DNA of 64,000 nt from Ignavibacteria bacterium (lineage in GTDB: Bacteria; Elusimicrobiota; Endomicrobiia; PHAN01): positions 57-64,056 of the forward strand of contig JBGFRZ010000032.1 of NCBI GenBank assembly GCA_041694835.1, read 5' to 3'. The position numbers and the translations under genes were made by a program. Shown here piece after piece: positions 21,044 through 30,061 of the stretch (its first letter is position 1; each line of letters starts with the position of its first letter). Below the pieces are notes generated by a model, which did not search any database, was not told where the DNA came from, and worked only from the letters and a program-made list of their open reading frames with translations.

Positions 21044-21079
21044 GACCTACGGCTTACTCGCCCCGCACCTTTTTATAAT
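21030..21079 (-). pseudogene. tRNA 3'-half fragment (TAAGCCGTAGGTCGTGGGTTCGACCCCCACC) plus an inverted-repeat spacer downstream of the intact tRNA
   Basis: Matches the anticodon-stem 3' strand through the T arm of the adjacent tRNA, diverges at the acceptor stem, overlaps the tilS 5' end. Confidence 0.4.
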
Positions 21080-21151
21080 TTACCAGGGGTGGGGATTGAA
21101 CCCACGACCTACGGCTTATGAGTCCGCTGCTCTACCACTGAGCTACCCTGG
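21080..21151 (-). tRNA. tRNA with anticodon CAT (elongator Met or lysidine-modified Ile2)
   Basis: Minus-strand sequence GCCAGGGTAGCTCAGTGGTAGAGCAGCGGACTCATAAGCCGTAGGTCGTGGGTTCAATCCCCACCCCTGGTA folds as a cloverleaf (D arm GCTC/GAGC, anticodon loop CTCATAA, T loop GGTTCAATCC). Confidence 0.75.
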
Positions 21152-21200
21152 CATTAAAAGGTGCGGGGCAAGTCCGCTGCTCTACCACTGAGCTACCCTG
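21152..21200 (-). pseudogene. tRNA 5'-half fragment (GCAGGGTAGCTCAGTGGTAGAGCAGCGGACT) plus an inverted-repeat spacer upstream of the intact tRNA
   Basis: Near-identical to positions 1-33 of the adjacent tRNA and ends inside the anticodon loop. Confidence 0.45.
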
Positions 21201-21322
21201 CTAAATTTCAGTATATTGAAACCGTTGACGCTTCGCTAAAACCCGGATTTCGTGTATCTGCACCCGTCTTACGGCGCTAATTTATCAATGAGGGCACCGC
21301 AAGGCAGTGCTCGCACAAAGAC

Positions 21323-21347
21323 CTTTTTCAGCGAGCTCATTATACAA
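21323..21347. repeat. Solo terminal-repeat remnant (TTTTCAGCGAGCTCATTATACA) of the roughly 190-bp palindromic element family
   Basis: Matches the right terminal inverted repeat GGTTTTTCAACGAGCTCATTATAA of the copies at 25250, 36759 and 58959. Confidence 0.35.
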
Positions 21348-21376
21348 AAAACACGATGGGAAAGCAAAAATCCGAA

Positions 21377-22591
21377 TCAGTATCGGTAGGAAAATCTTAC
21401 TCCGAAGGAGAATGCTGTGAAATTATACGGCAGATACTTTTCGTATTTCATATTCGAGGAAGATGTCTGATTGGCCAAATATAATGTGGTTGTTGTCACA
21501 GGATTCGGCATGTAGTTAAATCCGCATGTGATTATCTGAAGAGCATTCTGTTGTTTTTCTTTTAAAAAATTTCCGTTACCGTCTCTTGCCGGACGGCTGG
21601 AATATGATTTTATTTCATGGTCTAAAATCAAAAAGAGCTCCCATGCTTTTGCAACTGAAAGATATAACGGAAGCGACAAACTCAATTGAGAGAAAGAATA
21701 GTAGTCGGAGTGATAAGGAGAAATTTTTGCCGGCGCGGTTGAGGTGACATCGTCGAAATGAAGATAATTCTGATTAGATGCTCTCATTCCGTACTTTACT
21801 CCGGGCGAGGTAGCAAAGATTCCTGATGCAAGGTCAACCGCGCTGGCTATCGTCACAATCGTATCGCTCTGGAGAGCCCCCGAGTAAAAACTGCCGTCGG
21901 GCTGAACTATGTTGGTGATGACTTTCTGTCTGAAATAATTTTGAAGAGTTATATCAACAGAACCCTTGAGCATTTTCCATTCGCCAGAAAGACCGAGTTG
22001 CGTCAGAGCGTGGTCTTGTTTGCCGGCGGATGATTCCGCCGTGCCGCCTTCAGTGACTCTGAGTTCTGCAAGTAAATCGGTGTAGTTCGGAAAAATCATA
22101 GAATGATATTGAAAATTCCCGGAAAGAGCAACTTCGCCGAATTTTTTCTGAACGCCCAAAAGTCCGCCGAAACGATTTATGTCGTATAGCCCATAACCCC
22201 ATAGTTCGTTTGTGCCCGAACGTCGCAACTGCTTCCAATAATCAATTTGTGATTTTAATCTGAAGTTCCAGGGTGTATCCCAGTGATGTCTGAATACGAC
22301 CATGTGGTCCATCGTCCTATTGGTAAACTGCTCGCCTTCCTGTCTCTTGACTCCCGGCCCGCTATATTTTATCTGATAAAATCCTATAAGAGAATGGGCA
22401 TTGTTAAGTTTTGCTATCATGCCGATGTCATTTGCAAGATGTAGGTCAAAAAACCAACCGCCGCGCGAAGGGATGGATACGCCTTCTGTGATTTGCAAAT
22501 TGTAGTATGGCGCGAATTTTACTTCTGAATATATCGTCGTAAAGAACGACGACAAACAGAGCAACAGGCAAATTTGATATATTTTATACAT
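21377..22591 (-). CDS. Hypothetical outer-membrane beta-barrel protein with a signal peptide
   Basis: N-terminal signal peptide, alternating amphipathic pattern, aromatic C-terminal residues (FSYRY). Confidence 0.45.
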   Translation of the reverse strand: MYKIYQICLLLCLSSFFTTIYSEVKFAPYYNLQITEGVSIPSRGGWFFDLHLANDIGMIAKLNNAHSLIGFYQIKYSGPGVKRQEGEQFTNRTMDHMVVFRHHWDTPWNFRLKSQIDYWKQLRRSGTNELWGYGLYDINRFGGLLGVQKKFGEVALSGNFQYHSMIFPNYTDLLAELRVTEGGTAESSAGKQDHALTQLGLSGEWKMLKGSVDITLQNYFRQKVITNIVQPDGSFYSGALQSDTIVTIASAVDLASGIFATSPGVKYGMRASNQNYLHFDDVTSTAPAKISPYHSDYYSFSQLSLSLPLYLSVAKAWELFLILDHEIKSYSSRPARDGNGNFLKEKQQNALQIITCGFNYMPNPVTTTTLYLANQTSSSNMKYEKYLPYNFTAFSFGVRFSYRY

Positions 22592-22632
22592 AAACTTCTT
22601 TAACCTTCATCATTCATTGTCGTAATTCATCG

Positions 22633-23397
22633 TTAGAAATACCAATGCCATGCAAGAAATGGATGAATCACTATTACACCCTCGGGATAAATGTTCATAC
22701 CAACTTCCACATGCGGCGATGATGCGGTAATGCGGGCCATTAGTTTATTGTATCTGACGCCGTACGCCATTTGACTGACGACAAACCTGTCTTTTGATAT
22801 TTGATGCTCAAGTCCGCCGAAAATAAATATCTCAGACGCTGCGACATTTAAATCGGAGATTTTAAGTCCGCCGCCAAAATCAAGTGGCTCCGACGGTTTA
22901 AAATTCAAATTGACATAAGAGAACTTCGGCCCTATGAATAATCTGTTACTTTGGTCGACTCTTTTAGTTAAAATAAGTCCTACAGTGTAGTCGTAAAGTG
23001 TCGGCTTGACCGTCGAAGTACTTGAAGAATCTCGAGACATCATAGCGGCCGCGACTGCGACGCCGATATTCTGTCCATACTGCCCCTGAATATCTATCTG
23101 AGGAATATAACGTCTTTCATTGAGCACTTTTACTTTCAGATTTAGTCCCGCCCATGTGAAAGGGATAAATGTCGGGAAGAAATTGAATCTTACCTGAGCA
23201 TTTCTGTATGCCGGCACAGGGACGGAGTCCTCCATATTGGAGTGCAGGTCAAATAGAAAATCCGCCGGATTATCGATAAAGCGCAGTCCCAAATTGATGA
23301 TTTCTTGAGGAAGTTTAGGCGAGTCGGAAGCCATGGCCGAAGCGTTTAAAAGTGTAATTATTAAAACCGCCCGGATAACTATTCTCATAATATCCAT
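22633..23397 (-). CDS. Hypothetical outer-membrane beta-barrel protein with a signal peptide
   Basis: Signal peptide MRIVIRAVLIITLLNASAMA; C-terminus ends WHWYF. Confidence 0.45.
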   Translation of the reverse strand: MDIMRIVIRAVLIITLLNASAMASDSPKLPQEIINLGLRFIDNPADFLFDLHSNMEDSVPVPAYRNAQVRFNFFPTFIPFTWAGLNLKVKVLNERRYIPQIDIQGQYGQNIGVAVAAAMMSRDSSSTSTVKPTLYDYTVGLILTKRVDQSNRLFIGPKFSYVNLNFKPSEPLDFGGGLKISDLNVAASEIFIFGGLEHQISKDRFVVSQMAYGVRYNKLMARITASSPHVEVGMNIYPEGVIVIHPFLAWHWYF

Positions 23398-23420
23398 AGA
23401 TGTTTAAGGCAACAAATGAC

Positions 23421-23606
23421 AAATAGAGGATAGAGATGAGAGAACAGAGGTGATAGTTCAAGAGTTGAGAGTTTAGAGTGTAGAGTTGAGAGATGTCGCC
23501 GGGTATCTCTAAACTCTAAACTAAGTTCTCTAAACTTGTCCTCTCGTCTCTGACCCTTGTCCCCTGACCTCTGACCTCTGTCCTCTGCTGCTCTTGTGCA
23601 CTATCA
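23421..23606. repeat. Low-complexity purine/pyrimidine dyad element A
   Basis: Purine arm AATAGAGGATAGAGATGAGAGAACAGAGG..., centre GTCGCCGGG, pyrimidine arm ...CCTCTGACCTCTGTCCTCTGCTGCTCTTGTGCAC. Confidence 0.7.
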
Positions 23607-23608
23607 CT

Positions 23609-25249
23609 TTATAGACGAATAAGTGACTTCGGCGACTTATTTTCGTTGATGCCGCTTGAAAATTTAATCCTGGACAAACCCGATGCCATCTTCGAGGCCA
23701 TTGCGATAACTATATCGGGAGTAAAAATTAAATCGATATTGCGGCCTTCAAAGAAATCTCCTTTAACTTTAAGCAACGCGTCTTTTTGAGTTGGCATCTC
23801 AACCTCTTTGACGAATATTACATTCTGTAAAGCGATTTCTTTGAACAACTTAAAAGGATTCGTCTCACCGCCAACGAAAGTATTTTTTGTCAACAAACCG
23901 CCTGAATTATTGATAGCATACGCCTCTGTCCAGACAGAGACATATTTGGTCTGACCATCCCGTTCTATTTTCATCTCCGGCGATTTCGCCCAGATATACA
24001 ATTCCTCGCCGCCATCATCCATACTCTCGCTTTTTGCTATGGAGTTGTAAGATTCGTTGATTTTCCATCCGTTCAAAAATATTTCAGATTTCATATCGTC
24101 TTTACCGTCGACAACTTTTCTGCGCGCTTTAATTTCATACGAGTCCTTTCTATTAGTCAGCGTCACTTCGGCCGATTCCAACTTGATGTTATCGCCTCTG
24201 TCGAAAAAATATTTGGGCCAATCGGTCATGGCGTCGGGCAGATTTTCGGAAAACTTTATTTTTGCGTTGCAAATATCCATGCGATGGCCTGTCGTGCCCG
24301 AATATGCATCTTTGAAAAAACCCGCATACCGGTACGAATCGCGTTTTGTTATGTTAACAAACTGAATCGTATCCGCCTCCGGCCTTAAAAACTGCTGTTC
24401 AACCCTCACAAGATTTCCGAATCTATCGGTCAAAGTTCTTCCCGAAGATATATCTGCCTGTTTTATCTCGTTCGTGATGTCGCGCGCAACAACTATGTCG
24501 GCTTTCACATCCCTGATCATCTCCCGAAGTTCTTGTTTTATCTGCGCAAGTTCGGAAGCGACATCATCTCTTTTGGTTTTTTCGTCCTCCTCAACTTTTT
24601 CGTCGCTCTTTTCTTCCAATCTCTTTCCCTCTTCGAGCGCTCCATTGAAAGTCTCCTGCCACTCGTTCTGACGTGATTGAAGTTCATCGGCGGACAAAAT
24701 TTTTTCAATGGGCAATCCTGTTTCATCGAGCTTCGCCAAATTGCCCGATTCGACTGTTATGGACTGGCTCATCATTATATCACTGAACTCGACGGCGCCT
24801 TCAAAAACGACAAGCTCGCCGTATGAATCTATCCCGAAATCCGTCCCTCTGACCGAAGCAACCGCAACAGGGGTCACAACCCTGAACTTCGAGCCTCCAG
24901 CCAGTTTTACCTTCGCTCTTATCTTTCCCATTATCAGTGAAAACACACTTTCGTCTTTTGATGGGCTTTTCACTTCCATCTCGGAGTTTTCACGAACATA
25001 TATCTTTGATTCGCCATCAAGAAGCACTGCCTGCGAGTTGGAGGCGGTCTTTATTTTGTCGAGATGCGAAACTCCGTCCCCCATCCTGGCTTCCCGCCAA
25101 ACCCCGGATCGCATGGCCGCCACAGGGCCAACGGTTGCAATTATTTTTACTTCAGAAAATAAATCAGACGCCGCAAACGCACATATAAAAATCGACACTA
25201 AAATTTTATATCTCATAAAAACCTCCCGCTGCGCGGATATATTTTTCAC
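23609..25249 (-). CDS. Secreted FecR-domain protein with a central coiled-coil/charged region
   Basis: Signal peptide; N-terminal FecR-like fold (VTPVAVASVRGTDF); E/K-rich middle segment. Confidence 0.5.
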   Translation of the reverse strand: MKNISAQREVFMRYKILVSIFICAFAASDLFSEVKIIATVGPVAAMRSGVWREARMGDGVSHLDKIKTASNSQAVLLDGESKIYVRENSEMEVKSPSKDESVFSLIMGKIRAKVKLAGGSKFRVVTPVAVASVRGTDFGIDSYGELVVFEGAVEFSDIMMSQSITVESGNLAKLDETGLPIEKILSADELQSRQNEWQETFNGALEEGKRLEEKSDEKVEEDEKTKRDDVASELAQIKQELREMIRDVKADIVVARDITNEIKQADISSGRTLTDRFGNLVRVEQQFLRPEADTIQFVNITKRDSYRYAGFFKDAYSGTTGHRMDICNAKIKFSENLPDAMTDWPKYFFDRGDNIKLESAEVTLTNRKDSYEIKARRKVVDGKDDMKSEIFLNGWKINESYNSIAKSESMDDGGEELYIWAKSPEMKIERDGQTKYVSVWTEAYAINNSGGLLTKNTFVGGETNPFKLFKEIALQNVIFVKEVEMPTQKDALLKVKGDFFEGRNIDLIFTPDIVIAMASKMASGLSRIKFSSGINENKSPKSLIRL

Positions 25250-25438
25250 TATTATGAAATTGTTGAAAAACCCATCTTTTTCACTTAAAGAGCAGTTTTT
25301 TAACGGTTAAAAGTTTCAATCAGACCGCAAAACTCCTCGCTTTGCTCGTCGGACATTGCGGTCTAAACGATTTCAACTTTTAACCTGAAACTGCCAAATC
25401 GTTCAAAAGATTAAGGTTTTTCAACGAGCTCATTATAA
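25250..25438. mobile_element. Roughly 190-bp imperfect-palindrome element, copy 1 (ERIC/Correia-like MITE candidate)
   Basis: Terminal inverted repeats TATTATGAAATTGTTGAAAAACC ... GGTTTTTCAACGAGCTCATTATAA; nested internal stems GGCAGTTTC/GAAACTGCC, GGTTAAAAGTT/AACTTTTAACC, GACCGCAA/TTGCGGTC. Confidence 0.65.
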
Positions 25439-25491
25439 TAGCAAAAAAAGGGACGAATTGCAAGTGATGTAACAAAAAAAAATTATTGAGT

Positions 25492-28400
25492 TTATTTTGG
25501 GGGTGTTTCCGTTTTTTCTTTTATCTTTTTCAAATCATCATCCAGCGTTCCTATATCCGAAAGTTTATCAAGATATAATCGCGTCTGCTCATAATCCTTC
25601 GAACGGTAAGTCTTGTAAATCATTTCGTTTAATATAAGCCCATAAAGATTTTTCGCTCCCTTGTGGTCGGGATTGATTTTGATCGCCTTTTCAAGAAGGG
25701 CGGCGACCTCTTCGGATGCCCCCCGCGTGTACATCACAGATGCATTCTGATAGTAGTTTTCAGCGATCTCTCTTCTTATCGCCGACATCCTGCTTAAGAC
25801 AACAACTCCCGCTAAACTCAGAACGAACGCAACGGCCGCGCCTATCAATAATATCTTTTCCCTTAGATATTTTATCCACCCGCGTGAAGCGACAATGCCG
25901 AGTGATTTTTTCGCGCCTTTGACGGTGGCAGCCGCGTCGTTTTTGAGCTCGCTTATCTTCTTGACTAAAATTTCGGCTTCAGCGGCATCTTTCCGACTTT
26001 CCTTTTTTAACTCGTCCAAAACTTTTCTATACTTGGATGCTATCTCAAGCTCGAATTTTTCACACTCCTGTTTTTTAATTTCAAGAAACCGCTTTTGCTT
26101 TTCCTCGATATCGACACGGAGATTTTCCATATACTTTCTTTCATTATCGAATTTTTGTCTCTCAATTTTTTCCATCTCAAGAATTTCTTTTATTTTGACT
26201 TCGGCCTGACCGAGTTTGTTTTCAAGGAGCTCTTTTTCCGAAGAAACGCGGTCAATGTCAGACAAAAATTTAGCCCTATCCTTCTCAAGGGATTTTATTT
26301 TTCTTTCAAGACCGTCGATTAAAATGGCGTTTTTGCCATCCATTTTGATTGTCTGTTCGTTTAAGCGGGATTTCTCATCGCACAACTTTTTGTTTTCCAC
26401 TTCGACCGCTGTCAACTTCGCTTGCAGTTTCTGTGTTTCTTCAACTTTCGACTGGAAGCGGGCGTTGCCCTCGTACAATTCTTTTTGCGTGGAAATGACC
26501 TTGTCCTCAAGGAATTTGACCCTTTCTTCAAGTGTTCGTCTGATGTTTTCGCTCTTTTCATTTTTTTCAGCATCCGACCTTCTCTGCGTTGCATCCAATT
26601 TCTTTAATTCGTCTTCAAACTCCGATTTTTGTCTTGTAAGACCTGCCTTCAATTTTTCTGCAAGTTCTTCCGTTCTCCTTAACTTCTTCTCAATCGCCTC
26701 TTTTGATGAGAACAGAGATTCTTTCTCGCTTGAAATCAGCGATATTTCTTCCCGCAATTTATTCAATTCTTCTTTGAGAGTTTTTATCCGCGAAGAGCTC
26801 TCCTGTTCGGCGGTCATCAACCCTTTTAGAAGCGATTCTTTCTCGAAAATAGATGTCGCCATATCGGATATTATTCCGTCTTTTTCCTTTATTGCATCCT
26901 GATACTTGGATATATCCACCTTTAACTTTCCGACGTTTTCGGAAAGCTTGTCTATAAGCGAATTTTTTATACTCTGAACCTCTTCGAATTTCAACTGTTC
27001 CGACAAGATGCGTTTTTCAAATGAGATACGTTCCGATTTCATTGTCTTCTCCCACTCATCGCGCTCCTTCTGCCAATCATCCAGAAGCATCTCTCTCTTT
27101 CTTTCAATATCGTCCAAGCCCGAAAGCTTCTTTTTAAGCTCATTTATTTCCAGATCAGCCGCTCTCTTTGAATCCGAAAGTTCGCTCAAGAGTGAACCGA
27201 CTCTATTTTTTAGATTAGCGTTACTTTCCGACAACTCCATTTTTTCCTTCTCGCGCACTTCCGCCCCGGCTGACAACTGCTGCGAAATCAATTTATTTTC
27301 TTTTATAACGCTTTCTATTATTTTTGTCTTGGCCGCCAACTCAGCGTCCGACTGCTCCAGATCGCTTCTAACAGCGGAAAGAGCGTTTTTAAGTTCTTGA
27401 ATATTTGAACTCATCTGTTCAATTTTCTGAGTATGCCTTTTTTCGGCGGAGGCCAGTTTTTCTTCAAACTCTATTTTCTCTTTCTCTAGCGTCGAAGCGA
27501 GAGCTCGAGCCGACTCGTTCAGACGGGCATTTTCTTCTTCATGTTGTCTCTGTCTATCGGATAATTTTTCTTCCAATTCTTTTATCTTTGCCTTCGCAGT
27601 CACAATGGCGGTTTCGACTGTCCTTCTTTCATCTTTTTCCTTTGACAGGGCATTTTTATGATTTTCTATCTCAGAACTAAGTTGGGCAACAATTTTTTCA
27701 TTGTTTTGTTTTATCGATTCCCGTTCGACAATCAGCGATGAAATTTTCTTGCCCAATTCCGACTCTCTCTTTTCGTATTCTGCGCGGATAACCTGTTTTT
27801 CTTCTTCGAACATTGAAAATATATTAGAGCGATCCCGCTGGAATTCCTCCGCCTTTTTCTTGAGCAAACCTATCTGTTCGTCTCTCTGGTACTGATAGTT
27901 CACGGCTTCCAAAAGAAGTCTTTTTCTTTCTTCTTCAAGATATATGATTTTGTTTTGGAGTTCCAGATTTTCCGAGTTTTTCTTTTCCTTATCCGACAAA
28001 ACCGCGGTGTATAATTCGTCAATCTTTGTTATATCGGCGTTTAATCTCTCTATCTCCTTGTTTTTTGAATCTATCTCGGTGTTGTGCCTGTTTAACTCGC
28101 TGTTTCTCTCAAGCTCTATCGAATATAACCTGTGTTTTAATTCTCCTTCGGCAACGGCTCTTTCCTGAAGTGAAACGTTCATTCTCTCTATGGTTTTCTT
28201 GAGCTCTTCAGCGGCAAGTTCCTTCTGCTCCAAAGAGATTTTTTTCTCCGACAGCAACCGGTTTATTCTCTCTTCCGTTTCATTGCGAACTTCTTCGGTT
28301 GCTCTTTGAAGTCTGTCATTCAGAGAGTTTATCTCGTCCTCTTTCGCCGACAAAACAGACTTTATTTCCTTTATTTCCATTTCTCTGGCGACAAGTGCCG

Positions 28401-29907
28401 AGGATGAACGTTGATACTCTTGTTTTGTTTTGACCAGTTCACCGATATTTAAGTCAATTTGTTTTTGAATCGCATCAAGTTCGTCATTTCGCGATCTGAT
28501 TATGGACGCGTATCTCTCTTCTTCTTTTTTGCTTTTTTCGGACAGACGAGATGTTTCTATAAGGAGAGTTTCTTCCCATCGCTTTTCTTTCTCTGTGATA
28601 ACCTTCTCTAATTTCGCTTTTTCCTCTTCTAGTTGTTTTATTTTTCCGAACTTTGCTATGCCATCGTTTTTCTCAACCTCGAAAAGCTTTTGTGTTTCGC
28701 TGAGCGATGCTCTTAAGTTTAGAATATCGCCGGAAAGTTGTTTTATTTCTCCTTCCCTTGTTTGTCTGTTATTCTCGTATTCCGATATCACTTCATCGTA
28801 TCTTTTCTTCAAAGATAAAACTTCCTCGGAAAAAGTTTTCTGCCACTGTGCCGATATTTCGCTTTGTCGCTCCATAAGCTTTTCGTTTTCGGCGACAAGT
28901 TCAACATTCTTCTGCTCAGCGGAAAGTCTTGCCGATTTTTCCTCACTCAACTGTTTTTCTATTATCGAAAGGGTTTCCATTATACGCTCTATATGCGATT
29001 CCGTCTCGACTTTAAGCGACTCTTCCCTCTTCGAGTAATCCTCTTTTATTTTTTCCCAAGATGCCTTTTCCTCTTCCCATCTTTTCCGCCATGAAGCTCT
29101 TTCTTCTTCAAGGGCCTGTCTTAACTTTTGATGCTCAAGTTCGTAATGGTAAAGCTTTTCCTCGGCGTTTATGCGTTTTTGCTCCTCGTCAATCCTTTTT
29201 TCCTCAAGTTTCGTTATTGTTTCAATTTTTTCAAGAAGACTCTCTTTTGTTTGAGACAGTTCATGGTCTTTTTTCTGAATTATTTTTTCCTGGTAGAGTT
29301 TTTCATCGGAAAGGCTTAATTCAAGTCGATTCGTTTTTTGTTCAAGATTGTTTATAGTTTCCTGAAGGCGATGTTTATCTTTAAGATAATTTTGTTCTGA
29401 TAGCAGAAGTTTTTCCTTTATGGAGAGTATCTCTTCTTCCTTATTTGACACCATCTCTTTCAATCGTTCCTCGCTCTTGCGGGCCTCCTCTTTGAAATTC
29501 GCAAGTTGATTTTGTATTTCCAGAAATTTTGAACGCGCGTTCTCCGCTTCCTGCCTGTATTTCCTTATTTCATCTTCAACCATGCCCCATTTTTTTTGCT
29601 GCTGTTTTTTCTGCGTCTCAAACTCTATGGCCTGAACTTTAATGTGACCAATTGAAGCCTCCCTCTCTTCGGCAAGTTTCGCTTGAAGCTGTTTTACTTT
29701 CTCTTCGGCGAGGCCAAGCTGATTTTTAAGCTGCAACACCTCGTTTTCCTTCGACTGAAACACTTTATTCCATTGCTCCTTCTCTCTGGCGGACCTTTGA
29801 CGGATAAGTCTAATGGTCTCTTCCGCCATCTGTTTCTCTGTGTTAAGAAGTTCGTTTACTACACTCTCCGGGGATGAAAATTTCAACTCGTCTCTTTCGT
29901 TTTCCAT
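25492..29907 (-). CDS. Giant (1471-aa) tail-anchored coiled-coil protein: about 1330-aa E/K/Q-rich coiled coil, one C-terminal TM helix, short TPR-like C-terminal domain
   Basis: Heptad-rich low-complexity sequence, no signal peptide, TM helix ILLIGAAVAFVLSLAGVVVLS near the C-terminus. Confidence 0.7.
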   Translation of the reverse strand: MENERDELKFSSPESVVNELLNTEKQMAEETIRLIRQRSAREKEQWNKVFQSKENEVLQLKNQLGLAEEKVKQLQAKLAEEREASIGHIKVQAIEFETQKKQQQKKWGMVEDEIRKYRQEAENARSKFLEIQNQLANFKEEARKSEERLKEMVSNKEEEILSIKEKLLLSEQNYLKDKHRLQETINNLEQKTNRLELSLSDEKLYQEKIIQKKDHELSQTKESLLEKIETITKLEEKRIDEEQKRINAEEKLYHYELEHQKLRQALEEERASWRKRWEEEKASWEKIKEDYSKREESLKVETESHIERIMETLSIIEKQLSEEKSARLSAEQKNVELVAENEKLMERQSEISAQWQKTFSEEVLSLKKRYDEVISEYENNRQTREGEIKQLSGDILNLRASLSETQKLFEVEKNDGIAKFGKIKQLEEEKAKLEKVITEKEKRWEETLLIETSRLSEKSKKEEERYASIIRSRNDELDAIQKQIDLNIGELVKTKQEYQRSSSALVAREMEIKEIKSVLSAKEDEINSLNDRLQRATEEVRNETEERINRLLSEKKISLEQKELAAEELKKTIERMNVSLQERAVAEGELKHRLYSIELERNSELNRHNTEIDSKNKEIERLNADITKIDELYTAVLSDKEKKNSENLELQNKIIYLEEERKRLLLEAVNYQYQRDEQIGLLKKKAEEFQRDRSNIFSMFEEEKQVIRAEYEKRESELGKKISSLIVERESIKQNNEKIVAQLSSEIENHKNALSKEKDERRTVETAIVTAKAKIKELEEKLSDRQRQHEEENARLNESARALASTLEKEKIEFEEKLASAEKRHTQKIEQMSSNIQELKNALSAVRSDLEQSDAELAAKTKIIESVIKENKLISQQLSAGAEVREKEKMELSESNANLKNRVGSLLSELSDSKRAADLEINELKKKLSGLDDIERKREMLLDDWQKERDEWEKTMKSERISFEKRILSEQLKFEEVQSIKNSLIDKLSENVGKLKVDISKYQDAIKEKDGIISDMATSIFEKESLLKGLMTAEQESSSRIKTLKEELNKLREEISLISSEKESLFSSKEAIEKKLRRTEELAEKLKAGLTRQKSEFEDELKKLDATQRRSDAEKNEKSENIRRTLEERVKFLEDKVISTQKELYEGNARFQSKVEETQKLQAKLTAVEVENKKLCDEKSRLNEQTIKMDGKNAILIDGLERKIKSLEKDRAKFLSDIDRVSSEKELLENKLGQAEVKIKEILEMEKIERQKFDNERKYMENLRVDIEEKQKRFLEIKKQECEKFELEIASKYRKVLDELKKESRKDAAEAEILVKKISELKNDAAATVKGAKKSLGIVASRGWIKYLREKILLIGAAVAFVLSLAGVVVLSRMSAIRREIAENYYQNASVMYTRGASEEVAALLEKAIKINPDHKGAKNLYGLILNEMIYKTYRSKDYEQTRLYLDKLSDIGTLDDDLKKIKEKTETPPK

Positions 29908-29959
29908 ATCTCACCTCTCGTAAACGCAGCGATTAGGAGATTGGGGAATGTAAAAAATT

Positions 29960-30046
29960 CCTTTCCCGCCCCGCCTCTCCTCTATTCTCCCGCCTCTATC
30001 TTCTAAACTAAGTTCTCTGAACTTTCCAGTGCGTGCACTGGATAGC
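29960..30046. repeat. Partial low-complexity element B (pyrimidine arm plus CTAAACTAAGTTCTCTGAACTT motif shared with element A)
   Basis: CCTCTCCTCTATTCTCCCGCCTCTATCTTCTAAACTAAGTTCTCTGAACTTT. Confidence 0.45.
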
Positions 30047-30061
30047 GAAACATCAACAATC

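Noticed and set aside
21080-21200. Group I intron or split tRNA explanation for the tRNA fragments
   Set aside because: The interposed segment is only about 110 nt and contains a complete tRNA. That is too small for a group I intron and no intron core is visible.
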